From: an uncultured Oscillospiraceae bacterium
GTDB taxonomy: Bacteria; Bacillota; Clostridia; Oscillospirales; CAG-382
Assembly (NCBI GenBank): GCA_964485815.1
Contig: CAZAJX010000001.1
Location: forward strand, 7,866-71,865
Reading direction: 5' to 3'
DNA: 64,000 nt
Positions 19,357 to 28,754 of the stretch are shown one piece after another. The translations under genes and the position numbers were made by a program. The notes below the pieces were generated by a model. That model was given only the letters and a program-made list of their open reading frames with translations, was not told the origin of the DNA and searched no databases. Positions within the stretch are counted from its first letter, which is position 1; every line of letters begins with the position of its first letter.

Positions 19357-21303
19357 TCAGATCTGCCTTTCTATGTATTCGCAAAAATCGCGTAAAGTAT
19401 AGAAATAATTGTTTGAATCGGAATAATCTATGGGGAATTCCTTTGAAAGCTCGGTGAGCAGAGTAAAATACTGCAAGGAAGAAGCACCAAGCTCGTGCAT
19501 AACGTGAGTATCGGGACCGATATCCTCTTTTTCAACGCCGAGTATGGGAGCAGCTATGGTACGTACCTTATCGGCAAGAGGGGAATTGACATCAAACTCT
19601 GCGGCTTCCTTTATCTCCACCTCGTTAAAGGGGATAAGCTTTACTCTGCCGTCTGCAAGGGCGTTTTTAAGATATTTTCTGCCTACCTTTATTGCAGTTT
19701 CGGATGCGATGGGATCGTATGTCATATAAAAATCACGTATCTGCATAGGAAGCGGCAAGGATTGGTTGGTCTTATAAATATTGGAAATAAGGTTGGAAAC
19801 CTTCGCACCGCGCAAATAGGGGCTGATGCGGACGATCATAGTAAGCTTTTCATCGCTTCCCTCTCCCAATCCAAGGACGGAATACATCATAGCCTCGGGG
19901 AGATCAAACGCCTGCTCGATGGTATCGGGATTAAGATTTTCGCCGTTTTCGCCGATAACCGAATCGCCTTTTCTGCCGCGGATGTAATAATATCCGTCAA
20001 CACAATCAACGATATCGCCTGTATTGTACCAACCCTCGTTAAGCTTTTCGACACCGTTTACAAGCATACGCTTGCAGGTGGAATTGCCCTTGATAAGTAG
20101 CACGCCGTTTTCATCGATCTTATATTCAATAGATGCAAAGGGCTTGCCTACGCTGTTTTGCATAAGCTCGGAGGGCTTATTGCGAAGCTCGGTAGAGGTT
20201 ATACCCACCTCGCTCATTCCGTAACCGTTGTGCAAGGGATAGCCGATAGCGGAAAACAGACGGAGGGTGGATTCCTTTATATAGCTGCCGCCGGAAATGC
20301 AGTAACGCACGGTGGGACCGAACAGTTTATCGGTAACCTCGGTCATAAGCTTACGGGACAGCCAGTTTCCCAAAGCGGGGCTTATATTCTGAACCTTAAG
20401 GCAGATAGCGGTACCCTTTTCAAAGCGTTTTCTTGTTTTCTCATCTTTATTGTTTATCTCACGCATTACCTGCTTTTCGATAGTATGCCACAGCAAGGGC
20501 ACGGCAAAAACGTGGGTAACCTCGTGGGCACGGCAGGTCTTCATCAACGTTTCGCCCGACATATCTCTGGGGAATACCATTGTATTCCAATAAAATGCAT
20601 GCCAGAAATAAACGGCGATGAGTCCGAAAACGTGATAAAAAGGAAGGAAGCATATCTGCTTTAATCTGCCGTTTACGTGAACGGCGATATTCATGTTCTC
20701 CTCAAACATAGGTCCTGCGTTAAGGACCTGCTCGCTTATTTCGTTACCGGTGTAAAAGCAAACAACCTGATTAAGTGTAGTCGCCGAAGTGGACAAAGCG
20801 ATCTCGTCCTCAAAGCAATCCACAAAATCGCTGCCTTCGGGAAGCGCGGTAATGTCAATAAACTCACCGGGAAGAGATGTGCTCTTCATACCGATAACGT
20901 ATTTTATATTAAGCGTTTCAATTAGTCCTGCGGACATATGGAGAGGATGGCGGCGGTTTACCAGATAAGGCTTGTTTCCGCTGCGGAGAATTGCCCAGAA
21001 AGCGACAATCCATTCAAGGCAGTTATCCATATCCAAAGCAACGTATCCGTGAGTAGCACCGATATGGGCATAAAGGGACTCGGAAGTACGGCGGATCATT
21101 TCTTTTACCTCGCCGTATGTATGCTCGTGAATTCTAAATCCGTCGCCGGTTTCCGCAGCTATTGCCGTGGGGTTGCTGAACATGATCTCATAAACCGATT
21201 TAAAGCTTTTATCCGATGCATTAAGCGCTTTAATATTGTTTTTTACCAGCTTGAGATAATCTTTGAGGTATTTTTTCATTTTCATACAACTCCGTATTGA
21301 CAA
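19357..21303 (-). CDS. AMP-binding (adenylate-forming) enzyme with C-terminal carrier-protein domain
   Basis: 648 aa. Adenylation-core motifs GYGMSEVG, YNTGDIV and GRKGDSVIGENGENLNPDTIE. The C-terminal ~80 aa carry a LGASSLQYF Ppant-site-like motif. The P-loop-equivalent region reads STSATTLNQ, which is degenerate versus TSGTTGxPK. Confidence 0.7.
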   Translation of the reverse strand: MSIRSCMKMKKYLKDYLKLVKNNIKALNASDKSFKSVYEIMFSNPTAIAAETGDGFRIHEHTYGEVKEMIRRTSESLYAHIGATHGYVALDMDNCLEWIVAFWAILRSGNKPYLVNRRHPLHMSAGLIETLNIKYVIGMKSTSLPGEFIDITALPEGSDFVDCFEDEIALSTSATTLNQVVCFYTGNEISEQVLNAGPMFEENMNIAVHVNGRLKQICFLPFYHVFGLIAVYFWHAFYWNTMVFPRDMSGETLMKTCRAHEVTHVFAVPLLWHTIEKQVMREINNKDEKTRKRFEKGTAICLKVQNISPALGNWLSRKLMTEVTDKLFGPTVRYCISGGSYIKESTLRLFSAIGYPLHNGYGMSEVGITSTELRNKPSELMQNSVGKPFASIEYKIDENGVLLIKGNSTCKRMLVNGVEKLNEGWYNTGDIVDCVDGYYYIRGRKGDSVIGENGENLNPDTIEQAFDLPEAMMYSVLGLGEGSDEKLTMIVRISPYLRGAKVSNLISNIYKTNQSLPLPMQIRDFYMTYDPIASETAIKVGRKYLKNALADGRVKLIPFNEVEIKEAAEFDVNSPLADKVRTIAAPILGVEKEDIGPDTHVMHELGASSLQYFTLLTELSKEFPIDYSDSNNYFYTLRDFCEYIERQI

Positions 21304-21444
21304 AATATCTTTATTATTTTATACAAAACCCGTATAATTGTCAATAGATACGACAGCAAAAAGTTTTTGAGACACCTTGATTTTTTACGAATTATATGTT
21401 AACATAAGCGTAGCATACAAAATCCACATTACAGGAGTACAACT

Positions 21445-22806
21445 ATGAAGAAAATCATTGCCGTACTGCTTGTTGCAGTACTCACCCTTTCCATCGTTGC
21501 ATGCGGCGGAAACGAAACTTCCGATACGGACAGATCCAAGCCCGAAGCAAGCGAAACCGTTAGCGGCGAATCCGAAGGCAACGAATCCGTTGACGGTGAA
21601 TCCCAGCCTTCCGATGGATCCGTTCCTGAGGACGAGTCTGATCCCGAAGACGAATCCGTCCCCGAGGATGAATCTCAGCCCGAGGACGAATCCACACCCG
21701 AAGATACCGAAGCCATCCCTGCATTTGCTTCCAATTTTGTTACTTGGGCAAGCTTGGGTGTAGGACTCCGCGCTACCGACAGCACGTCTATTCAGCTTAC
21801 CGGTGTAAACAAAGAAGCCGGCTACGGCGACATAATAATTTATACATACGATTACGCACAGGACAAGGTAACCGTTAAGGACGGTAAATATGCTGATTAC
21901 GCTTACCTCGTTGCAGAGTATGATTCTTCCCTCTTCGGTGTAAAGAAGACAGGATTTTTTGCTGCAGGCTCTCTTTCCGATAACGCTTTCCTTACCATTC
22001 CCGACGTAGGCTTTATTATTGCCGCACACAAGGATCAGACGGTTATGGCTGCAAGACTCAGCGAATGTCCCGATGATGTTACACTGTTTGCCGCCGGCGT
22101 CCAGGTTTGCGACGTTAACTATTCTATCACCAAGGTTAACTCCGCTATCACTATCGACGGTAATATAGAAGACGCTTGGAAACAGCACAAGATAGATTCC
22201 ATAAACGAATCCAACAACAAGTGGGCTTACTGGAGCTTTGTTGAAAATGAGTATTATTCCACTGCGGAATACTACGTTACCTATGACAATGATAACCTTT
22301 ACCTGGCAGTAGTTGTTGATTCTCCTTATCACTATTGCCCCATATCCCCCTCCGAACCCGGCGGAATGTACCAATACGAATGTATTCAGGTAAAAGTTAC
22401 CACTGTCAGCCCCAAATCCGAATATATTATGGAGAATTACGATCACGTTATCAATAACGCGGCTAATACCGACGGATACGTTCGCGCTTACGGATTTGCC
22501 GTAAATGATGACGGTGAGACCTGCTACTACGAAAACAGCGGTGTAAGCAAGACCTTCCGGGGTAAGGCCGTATGTACAAGAAATGACGATGCACAGCTTA
22601 CCGTTTACGAAGTATCCATTCCCTGGTCTTCTCTCGACCTTACTGTTGCCGAGCTTGATACGTTCGGTCTGACCTTCTCTATCAACTCCACAAACGAAGA
22701 AGATGTTGAAAAAGGAACCTGGAGAAACCTGGTTCTGTTTGACGGCGGCGGAGTTATAAAGCGTAACGACTGGGCAAAAATTCCCGAAGTTACTATAGTT
22801 CACTAA
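21445..22806 (+). CDS. lipoprotein with acidic PEDES repeats and a CBM9/DOMON-like carbohydrate-binding domain
   Basis: Signal peptide plus lipobox (LSIVAC). Tandem [S/D/V/Q/T]PEDES repeats are encoded at about 21625-21708. ITIDGNIEDAWK is typical of CBM9-like modules. Terminator downstream. Confidence 0.65.
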   Translation: MKKIIAVLLVAVLTLSIVACGGNETSDTDRSKPEASETVSGESEGNESVDGESQPSDGSVPEDESDPEDESVPEDESQPEDESTPEDTEAIPAFASNFVTWASLGVGLRATDSTSIQLTGVNKEAGYGDIIIYTYDYAQDKVTVKDGKYADYAYLVAEYDSSLFGVKKTGFFAAGSLSDNAFLTIPDVGFIIAAHKDQTVMAARLSECPDDVTLFAAGVQVCDVNYSITKVNSAITIDGNIEDAWKQHKIDSINESNNKWAYWSFVENEYYSTAEYYVTYDNDNLYLAVVVDSPYHYCPISPSEPGGMYQYECIQVKVTTVSPKSEYIMENYDHVINNAANTDGYVRAYGFAVNDDGETCYYENSGVSKTFRGKAVCTRNDDAQLTVYEVSIPWSSLDLTVAELDTFGLTFSINSTNEEDVEKGTWRNLVLFDGGGVIKRNDWAKIPEVTIVH

Positions 22807-22830
22807 TCAACACCAAATCAATCCCCCAAG

Positions 22831-22868
22831 AAAAACGCCCTGCGACATATTTCGCAGGGCGGATTTTA
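22831..22868. terminator. bidirectional intrinsic terminator
   Basis: CGCCCTGCGA-CATATT-TCGCAGGGCG with a flanking A run and T run, between convergent genes. Confidence 0.75.
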
Positions 22869-22881
22869 TTATTGTTAATGA

Positions 22882-24183
22882 TTACTTAACGTCCTCTTCG
22901 TTGAACACATCTCCGCACTCGGGACAGAACTTGGGAGGCTTTGCGGGATCCTCAGGCTCCCAACCGCATTTGTCGCACTTATAAAGGAGTGCGCCCGCAG
23001 GCTTTTTGCTTCCGCACTCGGAGCAGAATTTACCTTTGTTCTCGGCGCCGCAAGAGCATTTCCAACTGTCGGTTCCGGGCTTCTTGCTTCCGCATTCAGT
23101 ACAGAATTTGCCGGTTGCAACGTTACCGCAGGTACACTTCCAACCGTTTGCGTTTGCAGTTACAGGCTGAGGCTTTTCACCCATTGCATAAAGATTTGCG
23201 GGATTTGCGGCGTTACCTGTGTTCATCGCCATGCCCATTCCCATAAAGCCCGTCATTGCGCCGGCGGAATTGTTTGCCGCTGCCTCCATAGCAGATGCCT
23301 GGGACTGAACGAGAGTAGCCGCAGCCATAGTAGGATCGCGAAGGATTGCGGCGCGCTGTGCATCGGTAATTATCTTCGCCTGATCCTCGGGCAGATCGAT
23401 AGGATTAAGAGCAACGCTCTTTACCTCAATACCTCTGCCGTTTTTCCATTCATCGGAAAGCTGGTTGCGAAGCTCGTCCTCTATCTCCTGCGTATGAGCA
23501 GTTATTGCGGAGGGACGGATGCCCAGCGCAGAAAGCTTACCGATAGAGGGAGTAAGTGCAGACACGAATTCACGGCGCATCTGGGAATCCAGATCATCTC
23601 TTGTATACTCTTCGGAAACGTTTCCGGCAATCTTCGAATAAAATATAATGGGATCGCAGATCACATAAGAATATGTGCCCGAGCATCTTATAGATACGTC
23701 GATATCCAGATTAATATTAACATCTACCACTCTGAATGGAATGGGATTGATGGTTCCGAATTTATTATTGAGAATTTCCTTGGTGTTGAAATAATAAACA
23801 CGCTGATCCTTGCCCGTATCACCACCATAGGTAAAGCGTTTTCCAAGAACCTTGAAGGTGTTCAAAAGACTTTCACCGAACTTGCCGGAGAAAATACTGG
23901 GCTCCGTTGAAGAATCATAGGTGTATTCGCCGGGCTCCGCACAGATATCCACTACCTTGCCCTGCTCAACTATTACCATACACTGTCCGTCAGCTACGGC
24001 GATGCCCGATCCGTTTGAGATAATATTATCGCTTGCTTTTGTGTTTGAAGATCTTCCGCTTATGCGTTTTGCGCCTTTGCGCATAAGAACATCGTTTTCC
24101 AAAGCATCACAATAGAAAAACTCTTTCCATTGATCTGCCAGAGTTCCGCCAAGTGCGCCGATTCCTGCTTTAATAAGTCCCAT
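22882..24183 (-). CDS. SPFH/Band-7 domain protein with C-terminal triple zinc-ribbon (COG4260-type)
   Basis: 433 aa. N-terminus MGLIKAGIGALGG..DQWKEFF, SPFH core, Ala/Met/Gly-rich linker, then three CxxC...CxxCG ribbons (WKCTCG..FCTECG, WKCSCG..FCSECG, YKCDKCG..FCPECG). Confidence 0.75.
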   Translation of the reverse strand: MGLIKAGIGALGGTLADQWKEFFYCDALENDVLMRKGAKRISGRSSNTKASDNIISNGSGIAVADGQCMVIVEQGKVVDICAEPGEYTYDSSTEPSIFSGKFGESLLNTFKVLGKRFTYGGDTGKDQRVYYFNTKEILNNKFGTINPIPFRVVDVNINLDIDVSIRCSGTYSYVICDPIIFYSKIAGNVSEEYTRDDLDSQMRREFVSALTPSIGKLSALGIRPSAITAHTQEIEDELRNQLSDEWKNGRGIEVKSVALNPIDLPEDQAKIITDAQRAAILRDPTMAAATLVQSQASAMEAAANNSAGAMTGFMGMGMAMNTGNAANPANLYAMGEKPQPVTANANGWKCTCGNVATGKFCTECGSKKPGTDSWKCSCGAENKGKFCSECGSKKPAGALLYKCDKCGWEPEDPAKPPKFCPECGDVFNEEDVK

Positions 24184-24463
24184 AAAGAACAGCTCCTTTC
24201 ATATGTAAAAAAACAAATCGGTAAACAATATAACAAGGTTTTCACTTCGTTTAAATAATTATAGCATACTTTTTCCGAAGTTGCACTATTAATTAATGAA
24301 TTTTTTTGCTTTTTTAAGTAAAAAATGCACTAAATTTGATCTTTTTTTAAAACAAAATTGAGCATATGGAAAAAATCGTTGTATTATCGAATTTTATGAT
24401 TTACAAATTTCGGTTTTATGGTATAATTGTTAATGTAAAAACAGTATTAAAGGAGAATGTGTT

Positions 24464-25408
24464 ATGATCAAAATCACAATCGTCGGAACCGGCAGCGTAG
24501 GCTCTACCATCGCTTATACACTTACAGTTACCGGTCTTGCTTCCGAAATCGTTATGATTGATATTAACGGTGAAAAAGCTATGGGCGAAGCGTTGGATAT
24601 TCGCCAAGGTACTCCTTTCTGCTCATCCTGCTCTCTCTATGCAGGAAGCTATACGGATGCCGTGAATTCAAATATAGTTATAATCACCTCCGGCATTGCC
24701 AGACAGCCCGGTCAGACAAGACTTGATCTTGCTCAGACGAACGTGAATATCACAAAAAGCATCATTCCCGAAATTACAAAATACGCTCCCGATGCTACTT
24801 ACATCATAGTAAGTAATCCCGTTGATATTCTCACGTATACTTTTTGCAAGTATTCCGGACTGCCCCAGGAACGTATTATAGGCTCCGGTACTATTCTTGA
24901 TACCGCACGCCTCCGTTCCAGACTTTCCGAATACTATTCCATAAACCAGCAAAACGTACACGCGTACGTGCTCGGTGAGCACGGCGATTCCTGCTTTGTT
25001 CCCTGGTCTGTTGCCAATATTTCCAACATTCCTATTCAGGATTACGGTAAGTCCGTTAAGATGAAGGGCGTGGAATTTCCCGAGCTTCAGTATGACGATA
25101 TCGAAGAATACGTTAAGAAATCCGGTGCACGTATTATAAGCCGCAAGGGCGCGACCTTCTACGCCGTCTCCGTATCTGTATGCCATATCGTTAAATGTCT
25201 TATAAGCGGTATGGACACAACGCTGACGGTATCTACTATGCTGGACGGCGAGTACGGTATAAACGACGTTTGCCTCAGCCTGCTTAACGTAGTAGGTATG
25301 AAGGGCGCACACAGCAAGGTGCTTATTCCCCTTAACGACCAGGAGCTTAAGGCACTGCACCACAGCGCAAACACCTTAAAGGAAACTATGCGCAATATTA
25401 ATTTATAA
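24464..25408 (+). CDS. ldh: L-lactate dehydrogenase
   Basis: 314 aa. NAD-binding segment ITIVGTGSVGS, ITSGIARQPGQTRLDL, GEHGDS catalytic His region. Confidence 0.9.
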   Translation: MIKITIVGTGSVGSTIAYTLTVTGLASEIVMIDINGEKAMGEALDIRQGTPFCSSCSLYAGSYTDAVNSNIVIITSGIARQPGQTRLDLAQTNVNITKSIIPEITKYAPDATYIIVSNPVDILTYTFCKYSGLPQERIIGSGTILDTARLRSRLSEYYSINQQNVHAYVLGEHGDSCFVPWSVANISNIPIQDYGKSVKMKGVEFPELQYDDIEEYVKKSGARIISRKGATFYAVSVSVCHIVKCLISGMDTTLTVSTMLDGEYGINDVCLSLLNVVGMKGAHSKVLIPLNDQELKALHHSANTLKETMRNINL

Positions 25409-25420
25409 AAAACGCTTTCA

Positions 25421-25447
25421 AAAAGGACTTCTGCGGAAGTCCTTTTA
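25421..25447 (+). terminator. intrinsic terminator after ldh
   Basis: AAAAGGACTTC-TGCG-GAAGTCCTTTT followed by a T-rich run. Confidence 0.75.
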
Positions 25448-25519
25448 TTGTTGACAAAACTTCGAATATGTGGTAAAAATATTATAGAGTTATTTTACGT
25501 TTACAGAGGTGATAAAGCA

Positions 25520-26371
25520 ATGAATATCGGTCTTGTCTTATCCGGCGGAATGTCGAGAGGCGCTTATCAGTTCGGAGCGCTCCGTGCAATACGTGAGTAT
25601 ATTGAGCCGCAAGACATTAAATATATAAGCGCTGCTTCTATCGGAACTTTGAACGCCTATGCTTTTTCATCCGATAATCTGGAAGTCGGCGGATTTATGT
25701 GGCACTCTATCAATCTTACACACACGAGAGTGCTGGTAACCACAATTTTGCGTAGCGAGTTTCTTACCGAAGTTATACGCCGTCTTGCAAAAAAAGAAGC
25801 AAAATGCGAAAAAATGTACGTTCCGTTTATCAACCTGCGGAACAGAAGCATTTTTTACACGGATATTGCTCACAAAAACGGTGAAGAGTTGAAAGAACAT
25901 CTCGCCGCAGCCGTGGCAATGCCGGGAATTAACCACCCCGTTATGATAAACGAGCTTAATCTTTATGACGGCGCGGTAGTGGATAACATACCGGTTTTTC
26001 CCTTAATGCAGCTTAATCTGGATTATATTATCTGTATCCATTTCGACGATTACAACTATACGTTTGAATCTCAGTATTTTGATAATAAAATAGTTAAGAT
26101 CAACTTTTCCGGTGATAACAAGATATCGGATTCAATGTGGTTTACAAGAAGCGACGTTAAGGAAATGGAAGAACAAGGCTACAGAAAAGCGAAAGCTATA
26201 ATGGACTTTGTATTCGCTGACGGAATGGAAAACACAGAAGCCATATACAACAAGATCGAAGCGTTGAATGCGATGAATTCCCACAAGATACGCCGCACCA
26301 CCTCCGATATTATAAACGATAATTTTGATAAGCTTAAAAAGCGACTTGCCAAGAGAAAGATTGTTGAATAA
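25520..26371 (+). CDS. patatin-like phospholipase
   Basis: The ATG at 25520 gives MNIGLVLSGGMSRGAYQFG (GGxxRG oxyanion motif). AASIG nucleophile motif; DGAVVDN catalytic Asp motif. Confidence 0.8.
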   Translation: MNIGLVLSGGMSRGAYQFGALRAIREYIEPQDIKYISAASIGTLNAYAFSSDNLEVGGFMWHSINLTHTRVLVTTILRSEFLTEVIRRLAKKEAKCEKMYVPFINLRNRSIFYTDIAHKNGEELKEHLAAAVAMPGINHPVMINELNLYDGAVVDNIPVFPLMQLNLDYIICIHFDDYNYTFESQYFDNKIVKINFSGDNKISDSMWFTRSDVKEMEEQGYRKAKAIMDFVFADGMENTEAIYNKIEALNAMNSHKIRRTTSDIINDNFDKLKKRLAKRKIVE

Positions 26372-26382
26372 GAGGTAAGATT

Positions 26383-26571
26383 ATGAGAATAACAAAACGT
26401 ATTAAAACTATTGCGGTGTGTGCGGTTCTTGCCTGCGGCGCTATTGCCGGCGCGGCTTTGGGTATTATGGTTTACCAGACCGTAAAGGCAGTGGAAGAAA
26501 AAATCAAGAAGACTATTAACGTTAAAAGCATCTTGAGTAAAATTCCCTTTTTAAAGCGCAAGGTAAAATAA
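26383..26571 (+). CDS. small single-pass membrane protein
   Basis: 62 aa. One TM helix and a basic C-terminus. Tightly packed between neighbours (stop/start spacing 1 nt). Confidence 0.4.
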   Translation: MRITKRIKTIAVCAVLACGAIAGAALGIMVYQTVKAVEEKIKKTINVKSILSKIPFLKRKVK

Positions 26572-26572
26572 A

Positions 26573-27280
26573 ATGGAACTTAACATATTAAGCTTTAATA
26601 CCCAACATTGTATGAACTATATTACCCGCAAGATTGATTACGAATCCGTTGCGAATCTGATAAAAGAATTGGACGCGGATATTATCGGTCTTAACGAAAT
26701 GCGGGGCGTCGGTGAATTGGAAGGCTATGAAGCCCAAATGGAGATTCTGGCTGCTCTTACCGGATACCACTATTATTTCGCTCCCGCGCTTCTTGTCTGC
26801 GGAACCAGTGAATACGGAAACGGAATATTATCAAAATACCCCATAAAAAGCGCACAAAAGATAATGATTTCCGATCCCGAAACAAAAAGCGGACACCAGC
26901 ATTACGAAACCAGATGTATACTTAAAGCGGAAATAAATGTAGATGCCGGACTTACCGTTTTGGTATCTCACTTTGGTTTGAACCTTGATGAGCGTGTGAA
27001 TGCCGTGAAAACGCTTATACCTGCTCTGGAAAAAGAGAAATGTGTTTTTATGGGAGATCTTAACACTACGCCCGAAGAACCAGTTCTTAACGATATCCGC
27101 GCCCATATGAAGGATGCCGATGATATGTTAAGCGGAAAGCTGCTTTCTTTTCCCTCGGATAAACCGGAAATGAAGATCGATTATATCTTCGTATCCCCCG
27201 ATATAAAAATAAAATATGCGGACATACCTGCAAAGATCGTTTCCGATCACAGACCCTATATTGCTAAAATAGAAATATAA
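26573..27280 (+). CDS. endonuclease/exonuclease/phosphatase (EEP) family protein
   Basis: 235 aa. EEP-like motifs (ILSFN, GLNEM, GDLN, SDHRP). Confidence 0.75.
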   Translation: MELNILSFNTQHCMNYITRKIDYESVANLIKELDADIIGLNEMRGVGELEGYEAQMEILAALTGYHYYFAPALLVCGTSEYGNGILSKYPIKSAQKIMISDPETKSGHQHYETRCILKAEINVDAGLTVLVSHFGLNLDERVNAVKTLIPALEKEKCVFMGDLNTTPEEPVLNDIRAHMKDADDMLSGKLLSFPSDKPEMKIDYIFVSPDIKIKYADIPAKIVSDHRPYIAKIEI

Positions 27281-27290
27281 AAACGTATAC

Positions 27291-27322
27291 AAAACGGCTT
27301 TGGTTAAAACCAAAGCCGTTTT
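27291..27322. terminator. bidirectional intrinsic terminator
   Basis: AAAACGGCTTTGG-TTAAAA-CCAAAGCCGTTTT between convergent genes. Confidence 0.8.
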
Positions 27323-27376
27323 GTGTCGAACCGTGTTTTTTCAAAACAACCGAATTCAAAAAGGAGTCAAAATAAA

Positions 27377-28684
27377 TCAGTCTTCAATAAGTCTGTCCTT
27401 GAGAATGGCGTTAACGTAATCGGAAATAGCCTGCGAGCCGCTGAGTTGATGAGGCTCGGAAATTTCATCAAATCCGCCGCCGAAATGGAACTGACAGTAG
27501 TTTTGGTACGCATCTGCACCAAAGCGGATGGATATGACTTCTTTGAAGCCGTAATGTCCTTCAAAACCGTTAAAGAATACTGCTACGCGGTAATCCGAAA
27601 CAGCATCGTAATCTTCTACGGGAACACGTTCGTAGCCGTTGTCAGTGCCGAGATAAGTGTAATTCTTAAACTCTTCCCAAAGGCCTTCAAGGTCGGAAAC
27701 CTCTTTTGCGTCGGTTTCGCCTTCAAGACGGAGGCGTGCAACCATTTTCTCTGCCTTCATGTCCCACACTTCGATGATTACGGATTTGCCATCGGTATCA
27801 TACTTGGGATAATCAAGCTCTGCGGGGATAAAACCATCGGAATACAGCTTGATCTCTGCGGTATTATCCTTGCAGTTAAGGGATTCAACGTATTCGATAG
27901 AGCTGCCGCTGCCGAAATAGAACATACCCGTGCCGTAAGGAGCGAGCGTTTCTTCATAAAGTTCACGGTAGAGTTCAAAATGAGCCGCCATATCGTGGAA
28001 ATAGTAAGAGATGGAAGCGTGGGCATTAAACCAGAAATCATTTTCGCTTACGGGAGTTTCAATATCCGTGAATACACAGAAACCGTTAACGTTGTCAAAA
28101 GATGCGGAATTGAGCACGGTTGCGCGGGTCTTGATAACTTCCCAGATATCTTTTTCGATATCAAAGGAATATTCATTGGTGCCGATTTCCAGGCCGTTGA
28201 AGCAATCTTGGTATTCCTGAGAAGAATAGAACTTCACGCCGGGATAGACTTTGGTATTGCCTTCGAGATCGGTTATCTTAACGAGATCGTAAGCAGTAAA
28301 AAGCTTAACGGTATCGTCAATGATAAAAAGCATATCCTCTGCGGAAAGAGTAAACCATTCCCCTGCTTCTCTGCGGTAAACAAAATCGTTTATCTGCTCT
28401 TCGCTGAAAATGCTTACAACGAATTTGCCGTCAGCTTCGGATGCAAAGGAATATTCGCCGAACTTGCCTGAAAGCTGTTCCTGAGGAACCGGAACGGTAG
28501 TATCGGTTATGATACTCTCTTCCTCGGGAATGAGATCGCTTACATCAGGTGCATAGGATTCCGTATCCACGGGCTTGTCCTCGGTTTCAGCCATACCCAT
28601 AAGCAAAAGACCGCCGGAGAGTATGCATGCCGCCAAAAGGAGGGAAAGCGCAGAACGGAAAAATAGACGTTTGCTGAATTTCAT
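27377..28684 (-). CDS. secreted/anchored hypothetical protein
   Basis: The ATG at 28684 (MKFSKRLFFRSALSLLLAACILSGG) gives a signal peptide with a possible lipobox. No recognisable domain. Confidence 0.55.
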   Translation of the reverse strand: MKFSKRLFFRSALSLLLAACILSGGLLLMGMAETEDKPVDTESYAPDVSDLIPEEESIITDTTVPVPQEQLSGKFGEYSFASEADGKFVVSIFSEEQINDFVYRREAGEWFTLSAEDMLFIIDDTVKLFTAYDLVKITDLEGNTKVYPGVKFYSSQEYQDCFNGLEIGTNEYSFDIEKDIWEVIKTRATVLNSASFDNVNGFCVFTDIETPVSENDFWFNAHASISYYFHDMAAHFELYRELYEETLAPYGTGMFYFGSGSSIEYVESLNCKDNTAEIKLYSDGFIPAELDYPKYDTDGKSVIIEVWDMKAEKMVARLRLEGETDAKEVSDLEGLWEEFKNYTYLGTDNGYERVPVEDYDAVSDYRVAVFFNGFEGHYGFKEVISIRFGADAYQNYCQFHFGGGFDEISEPHQLSGSQAISDYVNAILKDRLIED

Positions 28685-28754
28685 ACTTTTACCTTCTTTC
28701 TGTATTTTGTGTAAACACATTATAAAATACAGATGTTATAGATTTGTAATGATA

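Noticed and set aside
21385-22803. 472-aa stop-free ORF on the minus strand covering the whole lipoprotein gene
   Set aside because: It is a shadow ORF antisense to 21445..22806. The plus-strand product has a signal peptide, lipobox, RBS, recognisable domain and downstream terminator. The minus-strand translation is low-complexity (G/V/I/F/N-rich) with no RBS or motif.
27323-28471. 382-aa ORF on the plus strand
   Set aside because: It is antisense to 27377..28684, which has a signal peptide and an RBS. The plus-strand translation has odd composition and would start inside the terminator of the upstream gene.
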